Positions 25,693-35,121 are shown, counted from the stretch's first letter. The stretch is 57,179 nucleotides of DNA from Candidatus Micrarchaeota archaeon (GCA_026396285.1 JAPLXB010000027.1:1-57179); one strand, 5' to 3'. Numbers and translations: made by a program. The notes: generated by a model not told the origin, from the letters alone.

Positions 25693-27776
25693 TGGCTTTG
25701 ATAAAGAAAATACGCAAGCGCGACGGGACGACTGTTTACTTCGACAAGAACAAGATAAGCACCGCCATCTTCAAGGCCGCCCAATCCGTCGGCGGAACAG
25801 ACCGGAAGCTGGCGGACAAGCTGGCAGCCAAGGTGCTTGCCGTCCTGGAAAAAGAGGCCAGGGAAAAGAATATCGCCGTCCCGGGAGTGGAGCACGTCCA
25901 GGACACTGTTGAAAAGGTTTTGATTGAAAGCGGCCACGCGAAGACCGCGAAGTCGTACATATTGTACCGCCAGGAGCACAAGATAATCCGCGAGGACGAC
26001 CTGCGGCTTTCGTTCAACGCCTCCAAGGTGCTTGAAAAGAGGTACCTGCGGAAGGACGAGAACGGAACGCCGGCCGAGAGCCCGATTGCGCTCTTCAGGC
26101 GGGTGGCGGCGAACATCGCGTCAGCGGATTCCGCATACCGCGGCGACGCCCGGTCGACGGAAAAGGAATTCTATTACCTGATGACCTCGTTCGAGTTCCT
26201 GCCGAATTCCCCGACGCTGATGAACGCCGGAAGGGAGCTCCAGCAACTCGCAGCCTGCTTCGTGCTGCCCGTGCATGACTCGCTTGAAAGCATTTTCGAC
26301 ACCATAAAGCAGACGTGCATAATCCAGAAGTCCGGGGGTGGGACGGGGTTCTCGTTTTCAAGCATCAGGCCAAAGAACTCGGTCGTGCGCTCAACGTTCG
26401 GCGTGGCTTCCGGCCCGGTTTCTTTCATGAAAGTATTTGATGCCGCGACAGAGGCAGTGAAGCAAGGCGGAACCCGCCGCGGCGCAAACATGGGAATCCT
26501 GCGCGTAGACCACCCGGACATCCTGGAATTCATCACCTGCAAGGAAAACGGGACCGACCTCCAGAACTTCAACATTTCGGTCGCCATGACTGACGAGTTC
26601 ATGAAGGCCGCGGAGGGCGAAAGCGATTATGACCTGATAAACCCGCAGACCAAGCAGCCGGCCGGGTCGCTCAACGCAAGGGAAGTCTTCGACCTGGTGG
26701 CTGAGATGGCGTGGAGGACCGGCGACCCCGGGATAATTTTCATCGACCGCCTCAACGCGGACAATCCGACGCCGTCGCTGGGCGCGATAGAGTCAACCAA
26801 CCCGTGCGGGGAACAGCCCCTCCTCGCTTTTGAGTCCTGCAACCTTGGCTCGGTCAACCTTTCGAAGGCGGTGCGCGACGGGAAGATTGACTGGCTCAAG
26901 CTCGAGCGCGTTGTTCGTTCGGCAGTGCACTTCCTTGACAACGTTATAGACATGAGCAAGTACCCGCTTCCCGAGATAGACCGCATGGTTCGCGCGAACA
27001 GGAAAATCGGCCTAGGCGTGATGGGTTTCGCGGACATGCTGCTCCAACTGGGCCTGCCTTACAATTCGGAAGAGGCCGCGCGCGTCGGCGGCCAGGTGAT
27101 GGAGTTCATAAACGCCGAATCCAAGAAAGCGTCGCGCACCCTCGCTGAAAAGCGCGGGAGTTTCTCCAATTTCGGGAAAAGCACGTGGCCAGCAAAGGGC
27201 TTCAAGGCGTTCAGGAACGCGACGACCACGACCATCGCCCCGACGGGCACGATAAGCATAATCGCGAACTGCTCCAGCGGCATCGAGCCATTGTTCGCGA
27301 TATCCTTCATGCGCGAGGTCATGGAAGGGACGCAGCTGCTTGAAGTCAACCCGTGGTTTGAGAAAATCGCAATACAGCAGGGCTTCTATTCGGAGGAACT
27401 GATGAAAAAGATGGCCGAGAAGGGAACCGTGCACGACCTGCCTGAGGTGCCAAAGGAGATCCAGAAGCTTTTCGTCACCGCCCACGACATAACCCCGGAG
27501 TGGCACGTGCGCATGCAGGCCGCGTTCCAGAAGCACGTGGACAACGCGGTGTCAAAAACCGTGAATTTCGCGAACCACGCCAAGGTGTCCGACGTGGCCA
27601 ACGCCTACTGGCTCGCGTACCGCCTCGGGTGCAAGGGCATAACAATTTACCGCGACGGCAGCAAGGAAAAACAGGTGCTTTACGTGGGTCACAAGAAAAA
27701 AGAGCCGGTGCCGCAGCCTGGCGCCAACGCCGTCCCAATAGAATACTCTGGAGGTTGCAAGACATGCGAGGCGTGA
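25692..27776 (+). CDS. nrdJ: ribonucleoside-(tri/di)phosphate reductase, class II (adenosylcobalamin-dependent) with N-terminal ATP-cone
   Basis: ATP-cone IKKIRKRDGTTVYFDKNKI. Catalytic core motifs LAACFVL, STNPCGEQPL, CNLGS and TIAPTG. Monomeric ~690 aa size, with C-terminal CKTCE. The start overlaps the nrdR stop. Confidence 0.9.
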   Translation: MALIKKIRKRDGTTVYFDKNKISTAIFKAAQSVGGTDRKLADKLAAKVLAVLEKEAREKNIAVPGVEHVQDTVEKVLIESGHAKTAKSYILYRQEHKIIREDDLRLSFNASKVLEKRYLRKDENGTPAESPIALFRRVAANIASADSAYRGDARSTEKEFYYLMTSFEFLPNSPTLMNAGRELQQLAACFVLPVHDSLESIFDTIKQTCIIQKSGGGTGFSFSSIRPKNSVVRSTFGVASGPVSFMKVFDAATEAVKQGGTRRGANMGILRVDHPDILEFITCKENGTDLQNFNISVAMTDEFMKAAEGESDYDLINPQTKQPAGSLNAREVFDLVAEMAWRTGDPGIIFIDRLNADNPTPSLGAIESTNPCGEQPLLAFESCNLGSVNLSKAVRDGKIDWLKLERVVRSAVHFLDNVIDMSKYPLPEIDRMVRANRKIGLGVMGFADMLLQLGLPYNSEEAARVGGQVMEFINAESKKASRTLAEKRGSFSNFGKSTWPAKGFKAFRNATTTTIAPTGTISIIANCSSGIEPLFAISFMREVMEGTQLLEVNPWFEKIAIQQGFYSEELMKKMAEKGTVHDLPEVPKEIQKLFVTAHDITPEWHVRMQAAFQKHVDNAVSKTVNFANHAKVSDVANAYWLAYRLGCKGITIYRDGSKEKQVLYVGHKKKEPVPQPGANAVPIEYSGGCKTCEA

Positions 27777-28297
27777 ATGCGCTGAAGTTTGCAGGAGGGC
27801 TGGCCGCAGCGATACTTCTCAGGCTCCCCCAAGCAGTGCCAAACGTTGAGCCGGTGATGGCGTTCGTGCTGCCTTATTCAAAGGCTTACGGCGCGCTCGC
27901 GGGCTTCGCTTTTGCCTTCATTTCAGTGCTTTCATTCGACTTCATCAGCGGGCGGGTCGGGGTGTGGACACTGTACACGGCAGTTCCATACGGGCTGATA
28001 GGCCTTTTTGCCGCGAAATACCTTGGTTCAAGGGAAAAGCGCTCAAGTTACGCCGCGTATGCGGCAGGCGCGACAATAGCTTATGACGCGGTCACGGCGT
28101 TCATGTTCGGCCTCCAGTTCAACCAGCCGCTGTGGCTGACTTTCGTCGGGCAAGTTCCATTCACTTTAGTACACTTGGCCGGAAACATCTCGTTGTCCGC
28201 GGTTGTTTCCCCGCTGATTTACAGGCGCGTGCTTGCCGGAAAACAGGAGAACCCTTCAGGAGATGTGTTTGGAAATGCAAGTAAAGTTGTTCACTAG
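27764..28297 (+). CDS. multi-pass membrane protein (possible vitamin/ECF-S-like transporter component)
   Basis: About five hydrophobic helices. The start overlaps the nrdJ end by 13 nt. The track N-extension lies inside nrdJ. Confidence 0.5.
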   Translation: MRGVNALKFAGGLAAAILLRLPQAVPNVEPVMAFVLPYSKAYGALAGFAFAFISVLSFDFISGRVGVWTLYTAVPYGLIGLFAAKYLGSREKRSSYAAYAAGATIAYDAVTAFMFGLQFNQPLWLTFVGQVPFTLVHLAGNISLSAVVSPLIYRRVLAGKQENPSGDVFGNASKVVH

Positions 28298-28535
28298 GAA
28301 AACATGCGCCCGGTGCCCGCCTGCCAAGAAAATATGCGAAGGCCTGCGACAGAAGGGGGTGGCGGTCGTATTCCTTGACGTTGACACTCCGGATGGCCGA
28401 GATGAAGCGACCCGCCACGGCGTCAAGGCGCTTCCAACCACCATACTGCTTGGCGACGAGGGAACCGAGCTGTTTTCGTGGCGCGGCGACGCGCCCGACG
28501 AGTCGCTGTTGAACACGCTGCTTGGTGGAAAATGA
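28275..28535 (+). CDS. glutaredoxin/NrdH-like small redoxin
   Basis: MQVKLFTRKTCARCPPAKK (CxxC after beta1) and ALPTTIL (cis-Pro region). About 86 aa. Confidence 0.7.
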   Translation: MQVKLFTRKTCARCPPAKKICEGLRQKGVAVVFLDVDTPDGRDEATRHGVKALPTTILLGDEGTELFSWRGDAPDESLLNTLLGGK

Positions 28536-29257
28536 TGGAAAAAGCAGTCGTGGTTCCGCTTTTGCTCGCTGCGGCGCTGTTTCTCGCCGGGTGCGCCTAC
28601 GTTCCTGCTTACGGCCAGCCGGCGGCAGCCACTCCTTCCGCCACGCCGCAGCTGCCGCAGCCGGCAGCACCAACCATTAAACCCGATGCTTATTTCGTTG
28701 CTGAAAATATTTATCTCTTCGGCCTCAAACCGGTTGTCAAAATAGATAGAGAGGTCAAGCTGCGGGTAAGCATACGGAACGACTCGCTCCTTTTTGAGGA
28801 CTACTTCAACCCTCTCGTTAACGCATCGACGCGAGAGATTACAAACATCAGGCAGCCAAGCATCATCGAACTGTTGGGCATAACCAACAACAAGACCGAT
28901 TTGATTGAAGGCGCCGTTTCCGTCGAAACCGACCTCGCGCCAAGAAACGGGTCAACTTCCCTCGCGTTTATCGACATGTACACGACTGAAAATGTTTTCC
29001 AGAAAAAGAACCAGACTACGGAACTGATGTCGTATGTCAGTTCAAACAAGTCGGTCTCGCTGCCGTATGGAAAGATTCCTCGCCAGGAAGGATTTGCCGC
29101 ACTCATCTTCTTCTTCCCAACAAGCGAGTTTGAACCTTCAAGTAAGGCTTTTCGCGAATATTACGGCTCAATCAGGGGATGGAGGTACATTCGTTTCCTT
29201 CATGAGACTGCTGGCAACTCCACGCTGATTGTGCAGGTATCCATGCTTTTCGAATGA
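28532..29257 (+). CDS. secreted lipoprotein-like protein
   Basis: Signal peptide with lipobox-like LFLAGC (MMEKAVVVPLLLAAALFLAGCAY). The ATG overlaps the upstream stop (ATGATG). Confidence 0.55.
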   Translation: MMEKAVVVPLLLAAALFLAGCAYVPAYGQPAAATPSATPQLPQPAAPTIKPDAYFVAENIYLFGLKPVVKIDREVKLRVSIRNDSLLFEDYFNPLVNASTREITNIRQPSIIELLGITNNKTDLIEGAVSVETDLAPRNGSTSLAFIDMYTTENVFQKKNQTTELMSYVSSNKSVSLPYGKIPRQEGFAALIFFFPTSEFEPSSKAFREYYGSIRGWRYIRFLHETAGNSTLIVQVSMLFE

Positions 29258-29365
29258 AGCGGCCGGTGGACGCGACCACGACGCCCGTTTGTTTTTTCCC
29301 ACCAAAGCCGTTTACTTCGGCGGCCGTATGATAACGCAAATAAAGGCAGTCCAGTTCCTTCTTCC

Positions 29366-30877
29366 ATGGCGGATCCGGAAATAGAAAAGTACGTGAAGGA
29401 AAACCTGGCCAAAGGCTGCACTTGGGAAGCAATAAGGTTGGAATTGAGGAAAGCGGGCTGGCCGGAAAAGGAAATCAACGAGGCCACGCCAAAGGCAATG
29501 CAGCCGGCACCGGAGGAAACCGTTGCAAAAAAGGCGCCCTCCGCGCTCCCTGCCAAAATGTTTGCAGCGGTCGTAGTCGGCGCAGTCGCCGTGATTGCGG
29601 TTTATTCGGCTTATTTGTATTTTTCCCAGCTTTCCATGCAGCCAAGCGGGGGCGAGATTCCCTTCGAACCGCTGCCGCCGGCTGTTTCGCCGCCGCTGCC
29701 CGAAATGATTGAGCCAACCGCCGTGCCCACTGCGCTCTCAACTCTAATCCCGGCGTTTTCAACGCCGGCGCCCACTTCCGCGCCTACTCCGCCGCCAGTT
29801 ATCCCGGTGATTTACAGCGCGTCAAACTATTCCATCAAAAGCGATTCCGCAATCATTTCATGGATAACCGACGTTCCAAGCACTACGCGCATAATATACG
29901 GAACCGCTTCCCTTAACCAGTCAATTGAAAACGGCGACCAGACGACCGCCCACTACGTGAAACTAACCGGCCTCGCCCCAAACACGACCTACAATTACGC
30001 GGTCGCGAGCTGCGTCAAGTCGGCTTGTAGATACTCGGAAACCAATTCATTCAAAACCCCCTCCATGTGGCTCGATGTCGAAGGAATTGAATTGAGCCCG
30101 CTTGGCCAGACAATCTACGTGAACGATTCCATGCAATTCAATGCGGTGGTGGTTTTGAAAAACGGCACGCGCACAGCCGCCCCGCCGTATATCATTTCAT
30201 GGGACTCGCCCGGTGCCTTGGTTGGCTCAGTAAATTCAACGGGTTTCTTCCAGCCAGCGTCTCCCGGGACCGCAACGGTAAATGTTTCAATTGTAAACGC
30301 AACGGCAACAAACGGCACGATTGTAAACCTCCCAGTCCAAGCCATTTGGAACTCAACCACCATCACTGTTTTGAAGGCCCGGCCCCGGCTATCCATTTCA
30401 ATAACCCCCTCCGACTTTGTGGACTACGGAACGACTACAACAATAACCTGCCAGGCGAACACAAGCCAAGTTACCCCTGCACTCACGAGGGATGGGGCGT
30501 TACTGTCCGGGGCAGCTGATTCCGCGGTGCTGCCGGTCGGCAGCCACTCGTATTCATGTTATTCAAATGAAACGACAAATTACACCTCGGTTTTTACTTA
30601 CGCGACCGTCGGCGTGAGAAAAGTGACTGCATCGCCAAAGCTGCTGGTAAACGGCTCGGAATGGACTGCCGACACGGCGTGGAACATTTCCCAAGGGTTT
30701 TACTACGCCAACTTCAGTTACTCCGGCACCACCGCCGCGTCAACCAGTTCCGAATGCTCATTCAACGTGTTCTGCACAATTCTTAATCTGGGAACGTTCA
30801 CCTTTACAGTATACCATTCAGGGGACGAAAACCACACCGCCACTTCCGTCGTGCGCTACTTCAACGTGATATCGTGA
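29366..30877 (+). CDS. cell-surface glycoprotein-like protein, paralogue of 21010-23376
   Basis: Same layout as the paralogue: short cytoplasmic N-domain (KGCTWEAIRLELRKAGWPEKEINEA), TM, Pro-rich linker, FN3-like module (SAIISWITDVPSTTRIIYG...YNYAVASC), Big_2-like module and many sequons. Confidence 0.7.
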   Translation: MADPEIEKYVKENLAKGCTWEAIRLELRKAGWPEKEINEATPKAMQPAPEETVAKKAPSALPAKMFAAVVVGAVAVIAVYSAYLYFSQLSMQPSGGEIPFEPLPPAVSPPLPEMIEPTAVPTALSTLIPAFSTPAPTSAPTPPPVIPVIYSASNYSIKSDSAIISWITDVPSTTRIIYGTASLNQSIENGDQTTAHYVKLTGLAPNTTYNYAVASCVKSACRYSETNSFKTPSMWLDVEGIELSPLGQTIYVNDSMQFNAVVVLKNGTRTAAPPYIISWDSPGALVGSVNSTGFFQPASPGTATVNVSIVNATATNGTIVNLPVQAIWNSTTITVLKARPRLSISITPSDFVDYGTTTTITCQANTSQVTPALTRDGALLSGAADSAVLPVGSHSYSCYSNETTNYTSVFTYATVGVRKVTASPKLLVNGSEWTADTAWNISQGFYYANFSYSGTTAASTSSECSFNVFCTILNLGTFTFTVYHSGDENHTATSVVRYFNVIS

Positions 30878-31539
30878 ATAACCCGCGGCAACTGCCGGGG
30901 GCTGTAAAGCACGTAATCCGGTTTGGTTCCGCTTTTTTCCCTGCTTTCACCGTATTTCGCCCACGCGGTTACCATGCCTGCCTTCTTTGCTCCGGCGATG
31001 TCGCGCCTCAGGCTGTCCCCAACAAAAAGAATCTCGTCCGGGGTGAGCCCAAGTTTTCTGACCGCTTCCTGGAACGGCAGGGTGCTCGGCTTTTTCTCGC
31101 GCGTGTCCTCGAAGGCGACGACGAGGTCAAAGAACCCGGAGAGCCGCATTTCAGCGAGCCTGAGCCACGCCTGGAGCCGCGGCGCGTCAGTGACTATGCC
31201 AAGTTTCAGCCTTTTTTCCCTCAGCTTCAAGAGGACGTCCGCAATCCCGGGGTACGGCTCAAGGTATCCTTCCTTCACCTGCCTGTACGCAATTATTCCG
31301 GCGGCCATGACTGGGTAATCAATCCTCCCCATTGTTTTTTTCAGGAAGAGTTGGAAAATTTTCTGGTACTCGTAGCCCTTTTCCTCGTAAAAACCCCACA
31401 GCATTTTTTCAGCCCGTTTCCTCCCCACCCTGAGCCCGGCACCGATCATCGCCCCTATCGCGGCTTCTATGGCGCGCCTCTTCATTTTCATGAAGTCCAT
31501 GAGCGTGTTATCCAAGTCAAAAAGCACAGCGCGTATCAT
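30856..31539 (-). CDS. HAD-superfamily hydrolase (subfamily IA)
   Basis: Motif I AVLFDLDNTL, motif II GIVTDAP, and motif III-IV KP....F...LFVGDSLRRDIAGA. Confidence 0.85.
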   Translation of the reverse strand: MIRAVLFDLDNTLMDFMKMKRRAIEAAIGAMIGAGLRVGRKRAEKMLWGFYEEKGYEYQKIFQLFLKKTMGRIDYPVMAAGIIAYRQVKEGYLEPYPGIADVLLKLREKRLKLGIVTDAPRLQAWLRLAEMRLSGFFDLVVAFEDTREKKPSTLPFQEAVRKLGLTPDEILFVGDSLRRDIAGAKKAGMVTAWAKYGESREKSGTKPDYVLYSPRQLPRVIHDITLK

Positions 31540-31759
31540 GGAAAAAACCAGCGGGAACAACTTAATTAAGTTCGCCGCCGCAAAGTTTCCAGTGGTTTTA
31601 TTGGCTGAAGAACAGACCGAGGAGATGAAGCGGTTGTTTCGCCTGCTTTCAAACTACCAGCTCGGGCTCTTGTCCGAAGATGAGGTAATTGAAATGAACC
31701 GCCTCCAGAAGAAAGTCTACGGCGACTCGATAATGTACCGCGACGCCACCCTGAAGTGA
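31538..31759 (+). CDS. hypothetical protein, member 1 of a tandem paralogue pair
   Basis: Shares the core RL..LL..YQ.GLLS.(D/E)E..EM..LQKKVYGDS..YRDA with the next gene. Start uncertain. Confidence 0.5.
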   Translation: MEKTSGNNLIKFAAAKFPVVLLAEEQTEEMKRLFRLLSNYQLGLLSEDEVIEMNRLQKKVYGDSIMYRDATLK

Positions 31760-31764
31760 TTTGC

Positions 31765-32103
31765 ATGGACGAGCCGGCGAGGAAGGAAAAAGAAAGGCTC
31801 TACGTGCTGCTGGCAAGGTACCAGATAGGCCTCCTTTCAGATGAAGAGAAGGAGGAGATGACTACGCTCCAGAAGAAAGTTTACGGCGACTCTACGCTTT
31901 ACCGGGACGCCGAATACGAGCGGCTGGCGTGCGCGCCCAAGAAAGGCGACGCGCTGCCCGAAGCGCCCGAGAAGGACAGGCCGCGGATAGTGGCGGAAAA
32001 AGAGGGTGGAGCCGTTGCAGAAACGGAAACAGAAGACGCCCTTTTCGAGGAAGCGCCGAAGAAGGAGAAAAAGAAAATAGACCTTGACTTGGAGGAACTC
32101 TGA
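31765..32103 (+). CDS. hypothetical protein, member 2 of a tandem paralogue pair
   Basis: RLYVLLARYQIGLLSDEEKEEMTTLQKKVYGDSTLYRDA plus an acidic/basic C-terminal extension. Confidence 0.5.
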   Translation: MDEPARKEKERLYVLLARYQIGLLSDEEKEEMTTLQKKVYGDSTLYRDAEYERLACAPKKGDALPEAPEKDRPRIVAEKEGGAVAETETEDALFEEAPKKEKKKIDLDLEEL

Positions 32104-32109
32104 CGCCCG

Positions 32110-32496
32110 TCAATGGGCGTGCCCTTCTTGGAACAGGCCTTTCCTCAACGGATACGCGTGGGCTGAAATCATTTTCGCACGGCGCATGCCCTGAATCTCT
32201 TTTTCCTTTTCCTTCGCCGACCTGAAGCGCTGCGTGATTGAAAACGCGTGCCCCATTTCCTTCCCAAAAGCCATTGACGGGTTGCGGTTCACTTCCACGA
32301 TTGCGGTAACGCCGCTGTTTTCACACGCCGCCAGTAGCCCGTTTTTTATTTCAGCCGCCTCGTCGCCAGCCCCGCATTTCCTCAAAGCAACGTAGCCAAT
32401 CAGCGCCAGCGAGCGAAGTTCGGGCATCACCTTGAGTTCCAGGCCCCCGAAAAAGAATTTTCCGCTCTTTGAAAGCACTGCAAGCAATTCCCTCAC
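32110..32496 (-). CDS. hypothetical protein
   Basis: ORF with reasonable composition. GTG start, no motif recognised. Confidence 0.4.
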   Translation of the reverse strand: MRELLAVLSKSGKFFFGGLELKVMPELRSLALIGYVALRKCGAGDEAAEIKNGLLAACENSGVTAIVEVNRNPSMAFGKEMGHAFSITQRFRSAKEKEKEIQGMRRAKMISAHAYPLRKGLFQEGHAH

Positions 32497-32559
32497 TGAA
32501 ACACCGCGTTAAGCACGGTCCCGTGGTTTTTTATTGATTTTGCCCCCCTATATTGTGCG

Positions 32560-33177
32560 ATGGCAGAACTATCCAACAAGATAATCGCCGTGCTCCTCGG
32601 TTTCTTGATGGTCACCTATCTGATAAGCACGTGGATGGTTTTGAACAAGTTTCAACTCCAACCAATGGCTGGCGGAGCGTTTTCCACCTCAACATCTGGT
32701 ATCGTATCGGCAATTGTTCCGGGAATTGTCTCAATCAGCCTGGTGTCCGCGCTGGTGAACTTTTCGACAATAAACGCCACCGCCGTAAAAGACTCGCATA
32801 CTGACGCGGTCGCGGGCCAGCGGTTCTTCACAATAGAAAACGACGGGACCGTCGTCGTAAACGTCTCCGCGTGCTCAACCGAACTGTGGATTGGGTCGTC
32901 TAAAGCACCTTCCGACTACAACATCACCGTCGAAAACAACAAGACCGGCTCCGCACTGGAGTTTCCGCTTGGCGGAGAAGGCATATGGGGCGTGATGAAC
33001 ACCACTGCTTCGGCCTGCGGCGGCGCCGCAAGCGGTTCCGGCACGAGAATCGCCGGTTTCCTGGATTATACCGATACAAACGACACCATCAACGTATTCA
33101 TCCAAATCCATGTGCCGAGCGACGAGCCCCCTGGGACAAAGGCCGCGACAGTCACTTTCACCGCCGACTACGGTTGA
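32560..33177 (+). CDS. secreted/anchored protein with N-terminal hydrophobic segment
   Basis: MAELSNKIIAVLLGFLMVTYLIS is followed by a Ser/Thr/Gly-rich beta-type domain. Confidence 0.45.
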   Translation: MAELSNKIIAVLLGFLMVTYLISTWMVLNKFQLQPMAGGAFSTSTSGIVSAIVPGIVSISLVSALVNFSTINATAVKDSHTDAVAGQRFFTIENDGTVVVNVSACSTELWIGSSKAPSDYNITVENNKTGSALEFPLGGEGIWGVMNTTASACGGAASGSGTRIAGFLDYTDTNDTINVFIQIHVPSDEPPGTKAATVTFTADYG

Positions 33178-33237
33178 AACCCAACCAATAAATACCTGGT
33201 TTTTCAACCGAACTTATAACTCCCAAGGGTGGTTTGA

Positions 33238-33489
33238 ATGGACAAGACGCTAGTCGGCAAGGTGCTCCACTACTACAACAAGGCGGGTGTGGCCGTGGTG
33301 GAGCTTTCCGGCGAACTCAAGGCTGGGGACCGGATAAGCATCGAGGGCGGCGAATCATTCGAGCAAGCCGTTGAATCAATGCAGATAGAGCACAAAGTGA
33401 TTCCGGTTGCGAAAAAGGGCCAGTGCATAGGGTTGAAGGTGGCGAACCCGGTGCGCGAAGGCTACCAAGTCTACAAAATAATCGGGTAA
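33238..33489 (+). CDS. EF-Tu domain-2-like beta-barrel mini-protein
   Basis: VGKVLHYYNKAGVAVVELSGELKAGDRISIEG......IEHKVIPVAKKGQCIGLKV resembles the translation-factor domain II barrel. AAGGGTGG RBS. Confidence 0.5.
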   Translation: MDKTLVGKVLHYYNKAGVAVVELSGELKAGDRISIEGGESFEQAVESMQIEHKVIPVAKKGQCIGLKVANPVREGYQVYKIIG

Positions 33490-33562
33490 GCCCGGAAAAC
33501 GCGCTTTGGGCCCTTCTAGATTAGAATTAAGTAGTTTACGCCCCATATTCTCCTGGTTTTCA

Positions 33563-34231
33563 ATGCCCCTTGAAAAAAACGAGTTCCAGCCGATAATCCA
33601 CAAGTGCTTTTCACAGCTCCAAAGAAGAACAACCTATACCATGGAGCACAGCCTGAGAGCCGCCGAGATAATGGAAAGAATGGTGGCCGAACACCTCCGC
33701 CAGGGCGGGGACTTCCTTGACTTTGGCTATCTGGAAGGGAAGCACGCCGGCATAAAGGGATTGTTGAGGGGGAAGGAAGTAGAGCTCGCCGGCACCCTTG
33801 GCCTGGCGCACGACATCGGCAAAGTGGTTTTGATTAAAAAACACGGGTACGAGATGTGGAAAAAAACACCCGACCACCTGAGTGACGGGGAGTGGAAGAT
33901 AATCCGCAGCCACCCGTATCACTCGGCAGAGTTCATCAGGAAAATAAAAAGCCCGTTCTCGGACCTTGTCGCCGACCTGGCGTTCCACCACCACGAGCGG
34001 TGGGACGTGAAGGGCAAGGAGATTCCCCTGCCTTCGCGCTTCCTCACTGTGGCAGACGCGCTTGACGCAATGGGTTTTGACCGGCCGTACCGAAAAAAAC
34101 TGTCGCTGCGCGAAGTCAAAGGCGTGTTGAGAAAAGAGAGTGGAAGGCAGTTCGACCCGGAAGCGGTTAAAATCATGCTCAAGTTGCTGGACAAAGACTG
34201 GAAAATCAAAGCGCACTTCAAGCCACGCTAG
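33563..34231 (+). CDS. HD-GYP-family metal-dependent phosphohydrolase (GYP motif degenerate)
   Basis: LGLAHDIGKVVL (HD), HHHERWDVKGKEIPLPSRFLTVADALDAMGFDRPYRKKLSLREV and GRQFDPEAV. Confidence 0.75.
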   Translation: MPLEKNEFQPIIHKCFSQLQRRTTYTMEHSLRAAEIMERMVAEHLRQGGDFLDFGYLEGKHAGIKGLLRGKEVELAGTLGLAHDIGKVVLIKKHGYEMWKKTPDHLSDGEWKIIRSHPYHSAEFIRKIKSPFSDLVADLAFHHHERWDVKGKEIPLPSRFLTVADALDAMGFDRPYRKKLSLREVKGVLRKESGRQFDPEAVKIMLKLLDKDWKIKAHFKPR

Positions 34232-34622
34232 GGCTCCCGCCAACATTTTTCTTCTTAGCCAGCGGGAACAAGACGCCCGCGTCCTCGGCTTCGCCGCGCT
34301 TGCGCCACTTCTCGTACCATTCCGCCAGGTTCCTTAGCGGCGTGCTGAAGCGGTTCGTCAACGCGTACCCGCTCGTCGTCTTGTCCAACAACCCCAACTG
34401 CGTCGCGTACTCAAGGTAGCGCAACCACGTCGCCTTCGGCAAGTCATTTGGCATGTCGCTGAGCCGCGCGATGCCCTTCTCCTTCACGAACAGCATTGCC
34501 CTGCAAAAACGGTACTTGTGGGTGTCGTTTTCAAACAATATGTCGGCCAAGTGCCTTATGCTCGGCGCCTTAAGCTTCTCCTTCACGGGCTGCGCCTCCC
34601 ACTCCCAGTACTTCAAATTCAT
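34218..34622 (-). CDS. hypothetical protein (possible winged helix)
   Basis: ORF; YLEYATQLGLLDKTTSGYALTNRF is wing-like. ATG 34622. Confidence 0.4.
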   Translation of the reverse strand: MNLKYWEWEAQPVKEKLKAPSIRHLADILFENDTHKYRFCRAMLFVKEKGIARLSDMPNDLPKATWLRYLEYATQLGLLDKTTSGYALTNRFSTPLRNLAEWYEKWRKRGEAEDAGVLFPLAKKKNVGGSPSVA

Positions 34623-34873
34623 GATTCCAACAATGCGTTTCAAAAATATAAAACGGATTGTTGTCGGTTCAAGCAGCCAAAACCAAGGTATTTATACCAC
34701 CCCGGCCCTATTTCTGCAGAGTTGGCCTTTCGAGGCCCGTAAGATTCCGTAATTTCGTGCGATAAGACTCTTTCTAGACGCCGTTTTTGGCCGTTGTTCG
34801 AGGAGTTCCCAACGCTACGCAAAGAAAGGAACTCAGCGGCCGAGGAAGCCATCAACAAACAGGTGAAAGAAAA

Positions 34874-35077
34874 ATGTACGACGACGACAAACACGGCCCC
34901 CACTACGGAGGCCACGGCGGAGGCGGAGGCGGAGGCAGTTTCGGCTCCCGTGAAATGCACAAGGCAACCTGCAGCGACTGCGGACAGGAATGCGAAGTTC
35001 CGTTCAAGCCGACTGAAGGCAAGCCAGTGTACTGCAACAACTGCTTTCAGAACCACAGGAAGCCACGCAGGTACTAA
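34874..35077 (+). CDS. Gly-rich CxxC-x17-CxxC zinc-ribbon protein
   Basis: MYDDDKHGPHYGGHGGGGGGGSFGSREMHKATCSDCGQECEVPFKPTEGKPVYCNNCFQNHRKPRRY. AGGTGA RBS 8 nt upstream. Confidence 0.65.
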   Translation: MYDDDKHGPHYGGHGGGGGGGSFGSREMHKATCSDCGQECEVPFKPTEGKPVYCNNCFQNHRKPRRY

Positions 35078-35088
35078 GTGCTAAAAAC

Positions 35089-35121
35089 GCCGCTCGATTT
35101 CGGGCGGCGGCTTATTTTTTT
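35089..35121 (+). terminator. hairpin plus T-run terminator
   Basis: GCCGC-(11 nt)-GCGGC followed by cttaTTTTTTTT, directly after the 34874-35077 stop. Confidence 0.4.

Noticed and set aside
27500-27763. 5' extension of the membrane-protein ORF
   Set aside because: It overlaps the nrdJ C-terminus out of frame and has an Arg/Gly/Pro-rich, GC-shadow composition.
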